64,000 bases of DNA from an uncultured Gemmatimonas sp. (GCA_964414995.1 CAYPYY010000003.1:26-64025); one strand, 5' to 3'. Shown: positions 47,233 to 57,982, numbered from the stretch's first letter. A program made the numbers and translations. The notes: a model not told the origin generated them from the sequence alone.

Positions 47233-49968
47233 ATGATGATTCGCGCCTTACTCCTCACGGCCCTCGCCGCCGTGCCCGTGCTGGCCCAGCGCGCCCCCGA
47301 GCCCCCGCGCGACGACCGCGCGTTCTCGTTCTACTCGCGCGGCCCGTACCGCCAAGGCGTCCCGCGCCCGGAGGCCACGCTCGGCTTCGCCGTCGGCACG
47401 CGCCACACGCAGTACCACCTGCAGGAGCGCGCGCTGCTCGCCATCGCCGAGGCCGCCCGTGATCGCGTCCGCGTCGAGGAGATCGGCGTCACCAACGAGA
47501 TGCGCACGATGCGCATCTACATCGTGAGCAGCCCCGAGAACATCGCGCGGCTCGACGCCATCAAGGCCGACCTCGACCGCATCGCCGACCCGCGGGGTGC
47601 CACGCAGGCGCAGATCGACGCCGCCGTCGCCCGCACGCCGGCCGTCGTGTGGTTCTCCGGCTCCGTACACGGCGACGAAGTGCCGGGCTTCGAGGCCTCG
47701 ATGCAGTTGCTCTATCACTTCGCGGCCTCCGAAGAGCCCGCGACGCTGGAGCACCTGCGCAACGCGATTGTCATCATCAACCCCAGCTCCAATCCCGACG
47801 GCCACGAGCGCTTTGCCGTGTGGAGCAACTCGATCGCCGTGGGCTCGCCCGAGCGGCTCGCCATCGAGCAGCAGCGTGGACAGCCGTGGAGCATCAGCGG
47901 ACGGTTCAATCATTACCGCTTCGATATGAACCGCGACCTGATGGCGATGACGCAGCGCGAGGTGCAGGCCATCGTCGGCGGGATGCTGCGCTGGCATCCA
48001 ATGGTCACCGCCGACCTGCACGGCTACACGAGCACCTACTATATGGCGCCCGCCGCGCGCCCGGTGAACACCAACATCTCGCAGTGGCCGTACCGCTGGA
48101 GCGAGCGCATCGGCCGCGGCAACGCCGAGGCGTTTGATCGCTACGGCTGGCTGTACTTCGTGCGCGACGCGTTCGACCTCTACTATCCCGGCTACTACGA
48201 CTCCTGGCCCTCGCTCACCGGCGCGATGGGCACGACCTACGAAACCGACGGCGGGCCGGCGCTGCTCAAGCGGCGCGAGGACGGCACGCTGCTCTCGCTG
48301 CGCGACGGCATCGCCAAGCACTACGTCGCGTCGCTCGCGACCTTCGAGACGTCGGCCGCCAACGCCCGCGAGATGGTGCGCGACTACGCGGCGTTCCGCG
48401 CCAAGGCCGTCAGCGACGGGCGCAACGGCACGATGAAGCGCGTCGTGTTCCTGCCCGGCAATGATCCGGCTCGCGCCGCCGAGCTCGCGGCGGCGCTGCT
48501 GCGCGCGGGCGTCGAAGTGACGCGCACCACGAGCGGCTTCTCCTCGGCGCGCGCGTGGAGCTACGCGGAGGATGGCGCGCGCAACCGGCAGTTCCCGGCG
48601 GGCGCGTACGTGGTGGATCTCGCGCAGCCGCAGGGCAAGGTCGCCAAGGCCGTGCTCGAGCCCGACCCCGAGCTCGATCCGGTCTTCGCACGCGCGCAGG
48701 TCGAGCGCTTCCAGCGCAACCAGCAGCGTTCGCGCAACGCCAGCGACGCCGAGGGCTATGAGTTCTACGACATCACGGCCTGGGCCCTGCCGGTCGCGTT
48801 CGGCGTCGAGGCCTACTGGACGGAAGACGCGCCCGCGGTGAGCGGCGGCGCCCTCTCGCTCGCGAATGGTCCGGTGGTGAACGGTGAGCGCCTGCCACAC
48901 GCGATCGCCGGCGGCATCATCGAGGGCCGCGATGCGCGCAGCGCGTTCCTCTGGCGCAACGATCGCAACGGCGCGGCAAAGCTGGCGGCGCAACTGCTGC
49001 AGGAGGGCTTCCGCGTGGCGGTGGCGTCGGAGCCAATCCAGACGGGCAACACGAACTGGCCTCGTGGCACTTGGGTGGCCCGCGTCGGTCGCAACGGCGA
49101 GGGCCTCGCCGCGCGACTCGACGAGCTGGCCAAGGCGGCGGGCGTGGAAGTGCGCGGCGTGAACACCGCCTTCCCCGATAACGCACAGTACGGCACGGGC
49201 TCGGGCGTCGTCGTGGCGCTTCAGGAACCGCGTATCGCCGTCGTCTCCGAGGGCGCCTCGCAGACGAGCTACGGCGCGCTCTGGTGGACGCTCGAGGTGC
49301 GCTACGGCGTGAAGTTCACGCCGATCACTTCCGGCGCGCTCGGCGGCGATCTCTCGGCGTTCAACGTCATCATCTTGCCCAACGGCGGGTTCGGCGGGCT
49401 CGGCAACGGGGCCAACCTCAAGCGCTGGGTCGAGAACGGCGGCGCGCTCATCACGTTCGGGGCCGCCACGCAGTGGGCCACGCGCGAGGATGTTGGACTC
49501 ACCTCGGTGCGCCGCATCCAGTGCGAAGACAACAAGCCCAAGCCCGCGCCGGCGAAGACGGCGCCCGTGGATTCGGTGCGCACCGTGGTCTCACCCAACG
49601 CCTGCGCCGACGACATCGCCGACTTGCCGGGCAGCCACTTCGACGTCGTGCTCGATATGACGTCGTGGGTCACGCTCGGGATGGAGCAGCGGCGATTCCC
49701 GGTCCTCGTCGGCGGTTCGAGCTTCTACACGCTCTCCAATGACGGCGGCAACGTCGCGGTGTTCCCGACCACGGGCACGCTGCGCCGCGGCGGCTTCGTG
49801 TTCCCCGACAACTCCGAGCGCCTGCTCAAGGGCAGCGTGTTCATCGCCCAGGAGCGCGTGGGACGCGGCAACGTGGTGATGTTCACCAGCGAGCCGATGT
49901 TCCGCGGCTGGTGGCGGGCGCTGGATCGGATGGTGTTCAACGCAATTCTGCTCGGCACGTCGTTCTAG
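47233..49968 (+). CDS. Secreted M14 family zinc carboxypeptidase-like protein
   Basis: Signal peptide; SVHGDE, NPDG, RFNHYRFDMNRD, DLH, FYDITAWALP. Confidence 0.88.
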   Translation: MMIRALLLTALAAVPVLAQRAPEPPRDDRAFSFYSRGPYRQGVPRPEATLGFAVGTRHTQYHLQERALLAIAEAARDRVRVEEIGVTNEMRTMRIYIVSSPENIARLDAIKADLDRIADPRGATQAQIDAAVARTPAVVWFSGSVHGDEVPGFEASMQLLYHFAASEEPATLEHLRNAIVIINPSSNPDGHERFAVWSNSIAVGSPERLAIEQQRGQPWSISGRFNHYRFDMNRDLMAMTQREVQAIVGGMLRWHPMVTADLHGYTSTYYMAPAARPVNTNISQWPYRWSERIGRGNAEAFDRYGWLYFVRDAFDLYYPGYYDSWPSLTGAMGTTYETDGGPALLKRREDGTLLSLRDGIAKHYVASLATFETSAANAREMVRDYAAFRAKAVSDGRNGTMKRVVFLPGNDPARAAELAAALLRAGVEVTRTTSGFSSARAWSYAEDGARNRQFPAGAYVVDLAQPQGKVAKAVLEPDPELDPVFARAQVERFQRNQQRSRNASDAEGYEFYDITAWALPVAFGVEAYWTEDAPAVSGGALSLANGPVVNGERLPHAIAGGIIEGRDARSAFLWRNDRNGAAKLAAQLLQEGFRVAVASEPIQTGNTNWPRGTWVARVGRNGEGLAARLDELAKAAGVEVRGVNTAFPDNAQYGTGSGVVVALQEPRIAVVSEGASQTSYGALWWTLEVRYGVKFTPITSGALGGDLSAFNVIILPNGGFGGLGNGANLKRWVENGGALITFGAATQWATREDVGLTSVRRIQCEDNKPKPAPAKTAPVDSVRTVVSPNACADDIADLPGSHFDVVLDMTSWVTLGMEQRRFPVLVGGSSFYTLSNDGGNVAVFPTTGTLRRGGFVFPDNSERLLKGSVFIAQERVGRGNVVMFTSEPMFRGWWRALDRMVFNAILLGTSF

Positions 49969-50013
49969 CGGGCCACAGCTACCGCAGCCGCGCACACGCT
50001 GTCGGAATACAGA

Positions 50014-50046
50014 CGAGGGGCACCGGTCCACGACCGGTGCCCCTCG
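50014..50046. terminator. Hairpin between convergent genes (possibly bidirectional)
   Basis: Perfect 15-bp inverted repeat CGAGGGGCACCGGTC / GACCGGTGCCCCTCG, loop CAC. Confidence 0.7.
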
Positions 50047-50064
50047 CTGCATCCTAGCCCGAGC

Positions 50065-51066
50065 TCAGATCGTCACGATCCGCGAGCGATACGTCCGCGC
50101 CGTCGGAGCCACCGGCGGTGACGGCGGCGTGGGCGGCGTCGGCGGAATCGGCGCCGCCTCGGGCGTCCACATCACGCGCGGACGCGTGGTCTGCATCCGC
50201 TCGATCTGCTGACGCATCAGCGGCACTGCGCTGCGGACCTCAAACGTGTACTCACCGCCGAGTTCGCTCGCCTTGACCGGCGTCACGCGCACGGTGCGCG
50301 AGCGGCCCGCCGAGACCACGGTGAGTTCCGCCGCCGTCCCCACGGTGAGACGCTCAATCTCGCGACGCAGCCGGTCCGCCTTCGCCGACGCGACCGCGCC
50401 GTCTTCCGCGTCCTCGCGCGCCACGCGCACCGAGATCCCGTTGATGGCCGCAATGCGGTCGCCCTCGACGATGCCCGCCTTGTCGGCCGGACCGCCGGTC
50501 ACCACCGACGAGACGAATACGCCAACGGTGTCGCGCGCCGAGCCCGTGCTTCCGATGGTTAGGCCGAGCACCGGCCGATCATTCATCCGCGACATCGACC
50601 GCGCCATCGACGAGAGTTCCGAGCTCTTCACCGGCTTCACCTTCACCGTCCGCGTGCGGCCGTCGCCGTAGATACGCAACTCGACCTCGTCGCCTTCCTT
50701 CACCTTGCCCATCTCGCGAGTGAGGCGACGTGAGAGCACGCCCGAGTACTCGTCGGTCCCGGCGTCGTCACGACCGGCGCGGAGATTGACGCCATTGATG
50801 GACTGAATGCGCTCGCCGCGCTTGAGGCCGGCGCGGCCTGCGGGCGAGTCTTCGCGCACGTCCTCGATCAGCAGCCCGAGCGTATCCGCCCGCTCGCTGT
50901 CGGAACTGGTGGTGATGCCGAGCATCAGCCGGTCGGAGGTGACGAAGGCCACGCGCTCACCGGGGCCGCCGGAGTAGACGCGGACTTCCTGCGCGGAGAG
51001 CGCAGCGGGAACGGCCGCGAGGAGCGCGGCGGCGAGCAGGGGTGAACGCACGGAGGGTCGGAGCAT
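50065..51066 (-). CDS. Exported tandem-PDZ protein
   Basis: Signal peptide; two PDZ units (SPAGRAGLKRGERI, GPADKAGIVEGDRI); Pro-rich tail; start reassigned to ATG 51066. Confidence 0.8.
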   Translation of the reverse strand: MLRPSVRSPLLAAALLAAVPAALSAQEVRVYSGGPGERVAFVTSDRLMLGITTSSDSERADTLGLLIEDVREDSPAGRAGLKRGERIQSINGVNLRAGRDDAGTDEYSGVLSRRLTREMGKVKEGDEVELRIYGDGRTRTVKVKPVKSSELSSMARSMSRMNDRPVLGLTIGSTGSARDTVGVFVSSVVTGGPADKAGIVEGDRIAAINGISVRVAREDAEDGAVASAKADRLRREIERLTVGTAAELTVVSAGRSRTVRVTPVKASELGGEYTFEVRSAVPLMRQQIERMQTTRPRVMWTPEAAPIPPTPPTPPSPPVAPTARTYRSRIVTI

Positions 51067-51191
51067 AGGGAAGGTCCTGTGGGCCAAGGGTCTGCCCCTT
51101 CCGTCACCCCTGCCCCAGCGAAGGGTTGCCTCGGGGCGTAGTATCCCTTGTCCTACGACCCACCCCGGGCCTCTCCCACACTCCCGAGACG

Positions 51192-54100
51192 ATGCGCGCG
51201 ACCTCCAGACTCGCCCTGCTCCTCGCCCTGCCCTCGCTCCTCGACGCCCAGCGTCCCAGCCGTCCCGCCGGCGGCACCCCGCCGACCACGCCCACAACCG
51301 GACAGCGCGGAGCCCCGCCCGCGGCGGCGGACTCCGGCGGACTCCCGGCCTCTGCGCTCAGCGCCTTCCGGTTCCGCAACATCGGACCCGCCACCTACTC
51401 GGGCCGCATCGGCGACATCGCCGTGCACCCCAACAAGAAGACGTGGTACGTCGGCGTGGCCTCGGGCGGCGTCTGGAAGACCGAGAACGCCGGCGTGACC
51501 TGGAGCTCGATCTTCGACGGACAGGCGAGCTACTCGATTGGCGCGCTCACGCTGGACCCGAACGATCCGAACACGATCTGGGTCGGCACCGGCGAGAACA
51601 ACGCCCAACGCTCCGTGAGCTACGGCGACGGCGTCTATAAGTCCGAGGACGGCGGTCGCACGTGGCGCAACGTCGGACTGCGTGAGTCCGAGCACATCGC
51701 GAAGATCGTCGTGGATCCGCGCGACTCGAAGGTCGTCTACGTCGCCGCGCAGGGCCCGCTCTGGAGCGGCGGCGGTGAGCGCGGACTCTACAAGACCACC
51801 GATGGCGGCGAGACCTGGACCAAGGTCCTGAGCGGCACGACCTGGGCCGGCGTCACCGACATCACGCTCGACCCGCGCAACCCCGACATCATCCTCGCCG
51901 CCACGTGGCAGCGGCACCGCCACTTCTTTGGCTATCTCGCCAGCGGCCCCGAGAGCGGGCTGCATCGTTCCACCGACGCCGGACGCACGTGGAAGGCCAT
52001 CAGCGGTGTGCCCAGCGGCGAGGGGCGCATCGGTCTCGCACGCGCGCCCTCGGAACCGTCGGTCGTCTACGCGATTCTCGAGGGTGCGCAGAACCGCGGC
52101 GGCACGTATCGCTCCGACGACGGCGGCGTGAGCTGGCGCCGTCAGGGCGCGTTCCAGACGATTGGTCTCTACTACCAGGAGATCTTCGTCGACCCCAAGA
52201 ACGCGGATCGCGTCTACGCAATGGATGTGCGTGTGCAGGTCTCCAATGATGCCGGCCGCACCTTCGCCAACCTCGGCGAGGACGGCAAGCACGTGGACAA
52301 CCACGCGCTGTGGGCCGACCCGGACGATCCCGATCACCTGCTCATCGGCTCCGACGGCGGCCTCTACGAGACCTTCGACGGCGGACGTACGTATCGCTTC
52401 AATGCCAACCTGCCGCTCGCGCAGTTCTACAAGATTGACGTCGGCCGCGATGCGCCGTTCGCCACGGTGTGCGGCGGCACGCAGGACAACTACTCGTTCT
52501 GCGGCCCCATCCGCACCAACAACGACAACGGCATCCGCAACTCCGACTGGTTCGTCACCAACGGCGGTGACGGCTTCCAGAGCCGCATCGACCCGGTGGA
52601 CCACCACGTCATCTACGCGGAGTCGCAGAACGGCGGACTCGTGCGCTTCGATCGTCGCAATGGCGAGAGCGTGCGCATCGTGCCCGAGCCGGCCATCGGC
52701 GAGGATCCTGCGCGCTGGAACTGGGACTCGCCGGTGCTCATCTCGCCGCACAACCGCCGGCGCCTCTACTTCGCCTCGCAACGCGTGTACCGCTCGGACA
52801 ACCGCGGCGACGCGTGGACGCCGGTCTCGCCGGACCTCACGCGCAACCTCTCGCGGCCCACGCTCAAGTTCCAGGGCCGCCTCTGGAGCGTGGACGCCGT
52901 CTCGCGCAATACGTCCACCGCGTACTACGGCAACGTCTCGGCCTTGGCCGAATCGCCGCTGGTCGAGGGGCTGCTCTACGCCGGCACGGACGACGGCATC
53001 ATCCAGGTGAGTGAGAACGGCGGTGGTGCGTGGCGTCGGATTGACCGCATCGCCGGGGTGCCTGACACGAGCTACGTCTCCTACCTGCACCCCTCGGCGC
53101 ACGACGCCAACGTCGTGTACGCGAGCGTGCTCAATTATCAGCGCGGCGACTTCAAGCCCTACGTGCTGCGCTCGGCTGACCGCGGACGCACGTGGACCTC
53201 CATCACGGCGAACCTGCCGGCGCGTGGCTCCGTACACGTCGTGCGCGAGGATCCCAAGCAGAAGGGTCTGCTCTTCGCAGGCACGGAGTTCGGGCTGTGG
53301 GTGTCGTTTGACGATGGCGCTCGCTGGCAGCAGTTGCGCAATGGGCTGCCGCCGATTCCGGTGCGTGACGTCGCCTTCCAGCCGGAGAACGACGACCTCG
53401 TCATCGCGACGTTCGGCCGCGGCATTTACGTGCTCGACGACTACGCACCGCTGCGCGCGCTGGTCGCGGGCGCGCCGCGTGCGGAGGCGACGCTGTTTCC
53501 CACGCGCACGGCACACCTGTTCCTCAACGACTCACCGCTCGGCGGTGACGGCGTGAGCTTCCAGGGTGCTTCGCACTACTTTGCGGCGAACCCCGCCGTG
53601 GGCGCCACGTTCACGTACCACCTGCGCAGCGCGTTGCGCTCGGCGCGCCAGCAGCGGCAGGATCGAGAGCAGGGCCTCAACCGCTCGGGCGCGGACGTGC
53701 CGTTCCCGGGCTGGGACGCGCTGAAGGCCGAGCAGGACGAGGAGGCGCCGACGGTCGAAGTCGAGATCACCGATGCGAGCGGGGCCGTGGTCTCGCGCTT
53801 CACCGGTCCGTCGGCCGCGGGCACGAACCGGGTGACGTGGAACCTGCGCTGGCCGAGTATGACGCCGGTCGGCGGTCAGGGCGGCGGCTTCGGGTTTGGT
53901 GGTGGTGGCGGCGGCGGCGGTCAGGCGGCTGGCGGAGCACAGGGCGGCAACGGTCCGCACGTGGTGCCCGGCACATATCGCGTGCAGATCTTCAAGCGCG
54001 TGCAGGGCCAGCGGACCGCGCTCACCGAGGCGCAGAACTTCGTGGTCGCGCTCCTGCCGAACGCGGCAATCACCGTGGCGGAGCGAGAGCAGGCGGTCGC

Positions 54101-54536
54101 ATTCCAGCGGCGCGCGCAAGAGCTGCAGCGTCGCGTGCTTGCCACCAACTCGGTGATGGCGGAGACCAGCACGCGCCTCGACGCACTGCAGCAGGCCGTG
54201 CAGCGCATCACGCGGGCCACGACGCTCGACGCTGACGTGCGTGCCGCGCAGACGCGGCTCCGCGCCATCCGCGAGCAGTTGAGCGGCGACAATACGCCGG
54301 GCCGCTACTCGGAGCCCGTGCCGCTTTCGCTGCTCGGACGTTTGAATCGTGCGACGTCGCTCGGCGGGACACTCCTGCCGCCCACGGGCACGCAGATGGA
54401 GCAGCTCGAGATCGTGCAGCGTGAGTTCCCGGCGATCAAGGAAGCCCTCGACGCCTTCCTCGCGAACGAGCTCGCACGGCTTGAGCGTGAGGCCGAGGCG
54501 CAGGGCGCGCCGTGGACGCCGGGGCGCCGGCCGTAA
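51192..54536 (+). CDS. Secreted BNR/Asp-box beta-propeller (sortilin/VPS10-like) protein
   Basis: FRNIGP..SGRI; repeated S/T-x-D-x-G-x-T/S-W boxes; GGTQDN, GGDGF, ATFGRG. Confidence 0.88.
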   Translation: MRATSRLALLLALPSLLDAQRPSRPAGGTPPTTPTTGQRGAPPAAADSGGLPASALSAFRFRNIGPATYSGRIGDIAVHPNKKTWYVGVASGGVWKTENAGVTWSSIFDGQASYSIGALTLDPNDPNTIWVGTGENNAQRSVSYGDGVYKSEDGGRTWRNVGLRESEHIAKIVVDPRDSKVVYVAAQGPLWSGGGERGLYKTTDGGETWTKVLSGTTWAGVTDITLDPRNPDIILAATWQRHRHFFGYLASGPESGLHRSTDAGRTWKAISGVPSGEGRIGLARAPSEPSVVYAILEGAQNRGGTYRSDDGGVSWRRQGAFQTIGLYYQEIFVDPKNADRVYAMDVRVQVSNDAGRTFANLGEDGKHVDNHALWADPDDPDHLLIGSDGGLYETFDGGRTYRFNANLPLAQFYKIDVGRDAPFATVCGGTQDNYSFCGPIRTNNDNGIRNSDWFVTNGGDGFQSRIDPVDHHVIYAESQNGGLVRFDRRNGESVRIVPEPAIGEDPARWNWDSPVLISPHNRRRLYFASQRVYRSDNRGDAWTPVSPDLTRNLSRPTLKFQGRLWSVDAVSRNTSTAYYGNVSALAESPLVEGLLYAGTDDGIIQVSENGGGAWRRIDRIAGVPDTSYVSYLHPSAHDANVVYASVLNYQRGDFKPYVLRSADRGRTWTSITANLPARGSVHVVREDPKQKGLLFAGTEFGLWVSFDDGARWQQLRNGLPPIPVRDVAFQPENDDLVIATFGRGIYVLDDYAPLRALVAGAPRAEATLFPTRTAHLFLNDSPLGGDGVSFQGASHYFAANPAVGATFTYHLRSALRSARQQRQDREQGLNRSGADVPFPGWDALKAEQDEEAPTVEVEITDASGAVVSRFTGPSAAGTNRVTWNLRWPSMTPVGGQGGGFGFGGGGGGGGQAAGGAQGGNGPHVVPGTYRVQIFKRVQGQRTALTEAQNFVVALLPNAAITVAEREQAVAFQRRAQELQRRVLATNSVMAETSTRLDALQQAVQRITRATTLDADVRAAQTRLRAIREQLSGDNTPGRYSEPVPLSLLGRLNRATSLGGTLLPPTGTQMEQLEIVQREFPAIKEALDAFLANELARLEREAEAQGAPWTPGRRP

Positions 54537-54556
54537 GCAGTCGCCGCGCGTTGGCA

Positions 54557-54592
54557 CGAAGGCCCCCGGGACCGCGGTTCCGGGGGCCTTCG
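54557..54592. terminator. Hairpin between convergent genes
   Basis: CGAAGGCCCCCGG / CCGGGGGCCTTCG inverted repeat. Confidence 0.7.
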
Positions 54593-55195
54593 CTATTTCG
54601 CCCTCTCGTACTTCCAATTTCGGCGCTTCCCCTCCGCGAGCCACGCCACTGCCGTGGCGATGCGGCGTTCTCGCGTGCCCGCCTGCTTGGCCTCCACGAT
54701 CCACTCGAGATAATCCCGCCGCGCACTCGGCGGAAAGGCGGCATAGGTGGCAGCTGCGCGCTCATCGGAGTCGAGGGCACGCCGGAAGTCCACGGGCATC
54801 CGCGGCAGCGCACCCTTCGCGTGCTTCACTGGGCGCGCGGGGCGTTGGCCGGATTCGTTCATCGCAGCCGCCTTCTTCACGAGCGCGACCAGACGGCGTT
54901 CCGTCGGCAGGTCAGCGAGGGACTCGATGCGGCCAAAGTCACCCATCGCCTGCAGTCCGCTGCCGGTCGCAACGACGTCGCGACCCTGCCAGAATCCAAA
55001 CACGCAGTGCGCCTTGAACGCCGCCATACTGCAGAGGATGCCGTGGTGCTCGAAGTGCGGGAATCCCCATTTGATCGTCTCGGTCACCTCGGGGCAACCC
55101 TTATGTACGATTGCGCGGAGCCGGCGCAGGATCGGCCGCGCAAACGGCTGTGCCTTGGCGACATAGGCGTCAATGCGAGGATCTCCGGTCGGCAT
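54593..55195 (-). CDS. YdeI/OmpD-associated family protein (DUF1801)
   Basis: DPRIDAY, ETIKWGFP.F, AAFKAHC.FGFW, EWI.EAK...TR.RR, EGK.RNWKY. Confidence 0.85.
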   Translation of the reverse strand: MPTGDPRIDAYVAKAQPFARPILRRLRAIVHKGCPEVTETIKWGFPHFEHHGILCSMAAFKAHCVFGFWQGRDVVATGSGLQAMGDFGRIESLADLPTERRLVALVKKAAAMNESGQRPARPVKHAKGALPRMPVDFRRALDSDERAAATYAAFPPSARRDYLEWIVEAKQAGTRERRIATAVAWLAEGKRRNWKYERAK

Positions 55196-55206
55196 CGGTC
55201 CGGAGG

Positions 55207-57981
55207 TCAGGGTGCGTTGCGGGTGTCTCGAAGGCGACGCAGCACCTCGCCCAACCGCTGCATCTCCGTGCCGTACGTGGCCCAGTCGTCTGCGCGTTGG
55301 GCGGCGCGCGCCCGATCATAGTGCTGCAGCGCCTCGCGCACGAGCGCCTCGCGGGCGGCAGTCTCAGTGACCGCCGCGGCGCTCGTTGGCCTCGACGACG
55401 CGGGCGCCGCTGCGGCCCCGGGCCGCACACCCGAGCCCGTCCCGTCGCCAAAGAGCGCACGCAGTCCGGCCTCCAGCGTCTCCTCCATCACCACGCGTCC
55501 CTCGTGGGCCACCACCACGCGCTTGAGCTCGGGAATCTTGCCGCCTTGCGCGCGCAGGTAGATCGGCTGCACGTACAGCAGGGCAGCCTCGATGGGAATC
55601 ACCAACAGCTCACCGCGGATCACTTCCGAGCCGCCCTGGTCCCACAGCGAGACCTGTCGCGAGACCTCGGTGTCCTGGTTGATGCGGTTCGCGATCTGCG
55701 TCGGCCCAAACACCAAGCTCTGCCGCGGAAAGCGGTACGCGAGCAGGCGGCCGTAGTGTTCGCCGTCGTTCCGCGCCACCATCCACGCCGCGAGGTTGTC
55801 CTTCTGCCGCGGCGTGAAGGGCCGCATCAGGAGATACTCGGCGCGCTCTTCACCCGGCAACCGCATCACGATGTGGCGTGCGTAGCCACTCCGGATGGAA
55901 CGCGACTGCTGATTGGGAATCTGCCACTGATCCTCCCGATGATAGAACGTCTCGGGGTCGGTCATATGGAACGTCGCGTACAGCGTCGTCTGCGCGCGGA
56001 AGAGGTCCTCAGGATACCGCAGGTGCGCGCGCAGGGCGGGGTCCAGCTCCGCGAGCGGCCGCAGCGTTCCCGGGTAGATCTTCGACAGCGTGTTGATCAT
56101 CGGATCGGTCGGATCCGCGAGGTAGGCGCGCACGTCGCCGTCGTACGCATCGATCACCACTTTCACGCTGTTGCGCAGGTAGTTCACGCCTTCGGTGATG
56201 CGCGCGGAGTACGGATACCGGTCGGTCGCGGTGTAGCCATCGAGGATCCACTTGAGGTGCCCGCTGTCCGTGACGACGAGGTACGGGTCCTCATCGAACA
56301 ACAGGAACGGCAGGGCCAACTGCGCACGCGTGCGCACCTGCTGGTTGAAGATGACCTTGGTATTGGCCTCGAGGTCGCCCGAGAGCAGGATATTCGCGGA
56401 CCCAAAGCGCATCGCGAAGGCGAGGCGCCGCCACCAGCTGCTGATCGGTACGCCTGCACGTCCGGCATACGTCGAGTAGATCGCCTCGTCACCCTCCGCC
56501 GCCGGAAAGTCGAACTCTCGCTGGCGTGACGGCGCGAGCACCCAAGTCCGTGCCAGCTCGCCGAAGTAGATCTGCGGCCGCGAAATCGACGTCGCGATGC
56601 TCGACGTCGGCGGCAGGTCCTGCAGCCACAGCACCGGCAGACCCTCGGGCGTCACCTCGTTCGAAGGACCGAGGGTCAGTCCCATTCCGTGCGTGAACGT
56701 CAGGTGCTCGTTCACGAACGTGCGTGTGGGCAGCGACGCGGGGTCCAACTCGCGCGCCGAGAGCAGCACGTGGCGCATCCGCCCGTTCACTTCGTACCGA
56801 TCATCGTCCACGTTCACGAAGTCGTAGTACGTGCGGATGGACTGGATCTGTCCGAAGGTCTGCAGCAGCGGCTCGCGGTCCCAGAGCCGGATGTTGTCGA
56901 TCGTCGCGCGATTCTCCGCGAGATCCTGTGCCGTCAGCTCCTGGTCGGCCTCCAGCTCCCGTCGCTCCACCGAGTCGAGCCCCCACGCCGTGCGCGTGGC
57001 GGCGATATGATGTGCGATCTGCGGCGCCTCGCGCGCGAGCTCGTTCGGTTGCACGACGAGCCGCTGCACGACGGCGGGGATGGCCACGGTGAGCAGCGCC
57101 GTGAGCGCGACGTTGCCGACGACGACGAGCACCGCCGCACGCGCGAGGTCCCCACGCCGCGCCCGCCACACCAGCACGACAGCCGCAATCACCAGCCCGA
57201 CCACAAGCGCTTTCATTCCCGGGATGCGCACGTGCAGGTCGGTCCAGCTCGCGCCCTGCAGCGGGCCGTGCGTACCGGAGAGCAGCCCCGGAATGCCCAC
57301 CACCCACGTCCGCAGCGCGCTCAGCACGAGCCAGAGCGCCGCAAGCAGCGCCAGGTGCAGCTCCGCGGGCGCCTCGATGGCGAGGCGGCCGCGCCGCCAT
57401 TCGAAGTCGCCGCGCACGAAGTAGATCGGCAGCGCCACGAGTACCAGCGACAGGAAGGTCATCGCCCAGACGTAGTCAATCAGCATCTGCCAGGCCGGCA
57501 CCGCGAACACGTAGTGCGCGACATCGCGCCCGAAGATGGGGTCCACCACGCCGAACGGCGTCGCGAAGTACGCCTGAATCAGCGTGCGCCACTGACTCCC
57601 GAGCCCGAGCGCAAGCAGGAAGGCGAGGAACAGCGTGCCCGGCAGCGCGAGCATCTGCGCCACGCGCACGAGAAACTTGGCGCGCGTGGCGATGCCGCCG
57701 GAGGCAAGCACGACGATGCTCTCCGCCGAACGCTCCATCCCGCGCAACGCGAGCCGCGCGTTGCCGTAGAGCGCCGCGAACGCGAGCAGCAGACCGACGA
57801 ACGCGAGCCCGCCCTGCGCCACGAGCTTGAGGACGAAGACCCGTTCGAATCCAATCTCGCGATACCACAGCCAGTCGGTCAGTCGCTCGGCAAGTGCGGG
57901 GACGCCAAGGACAAGGATGAACAGCGCAACCACCGCAAGCGCCAGGCGGCTCGTGCGGACAGGGGCGGGGCCTCGTGCCAT
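55207..57981 (-). CDS. UPF0182 family membrane protein
   Basis: DWLWY.E.G, DPIFG.D..Y.F, NIRLWD, YYDF..VD.DRY, PQIYFGE, NYLRNSVK, LYVQPIY, PELKRV. Confidence 0.92.
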   Translation of the reverse strand: MARGPAPVRTSRLALAVVALFILVLGVPALAERLTDWLWYREIGFERVFVLKLVAQGGLAFVGLLLAFAALYGNARLALRGMERSAESIVVLASGGIATRAKFLVRVAQMLALPGTLFLAFLLALGLGSQWRTLIQAYFATPFGVVDPIFGRDVAHYVFAVPAWQMLIDYVWAMTFLSLVLVALPIYFVRGDFEWRRGRLAIEAPAELHLALLAALWLVLSALRTWVVGIPGLLSGTHGPLQGASWTDLHVRIPGMKALVVGLVIAAVVLVWRARRGDLARAAVLVVVGNVALTALLTVAIPAVVQRLVVQPNELAREAPQIAHHIAATRTAWGLDSVERRELEADQELTAQDLAENRATIDNIRLWDREPLLQTFGQIQSIRTYYDFVNVDDDRYEVNGRMRHVLLSARELDPASLPTRTFVNEHLTFTHGMGLTLGPSNEVTPEGLPVLWLQDLPPTSSIATSISRPQIYFGELARTWVLAPSRQREFDFPAAEGDEAIYSTYAGRAGVPISSWWRRLAFAMRFGSANILLSGDLEANTKVIFNQQVRTRAQLALPFLLFDEDPYLVVTDSGHLKWILDGYTATDRYPYSARITEGVNYLRNSVKVVIDAYDGDVRAYLADPTDPMINTLSKIYPGTLRPLAELDPALRAHLRYPEDLFRAQTTLYATFHMTDPETFYHREDQWQIPNQQSRSIRSGYARHIVMRLPGEERAEYLLMRPFTPRQKDNLAAWMVARNDGEHYGRLLAYRFPRQSLVFGPTQIANRINQDTEVSRQVSLWDQGGSEVIRGELLVIPIEAALLYVQPIYLRAQGGKIPELKRVVVAHEGRVVMEETLEAGLRALFGDGTGSGVRPGAAAAPASSRPTSAAAVTETAAREALVREALQHYDRARAAQRADDWATYGTEMQRLGEVLRRLRDTRNAP

Positions 57982-57982
57982 C

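Noticed and set aside
51114-51140. CCCAGC-N17-CGTA upstream of the BNR gene as another ECF promoter
   Set aside because: Lacks the AAC core and could arise by chance in GC-rich DNA
2350-53050. Apparent preference for ATT-GAC and GTG-GAC suggesting avoidance of GATCGAC or GTCGAC
   Set aside because: Both sites occur repeatedly, so any bias is partial and cannot be supported without counting
45183-53516. Long antisense ORFs (45183-47159, 47248-48993, 51153-53516; also 287-1915, 6407-8113, 36308-37918)
   Set aside because: They mirror well-supported genes on the other strand, show no motifs, and are expected from high GC3 codon bias
53870-53950. GGT/GGC runs as a tandem repeat locus
   Set aside because: Encodes a poly-Gly linker typical of these secreted proteins
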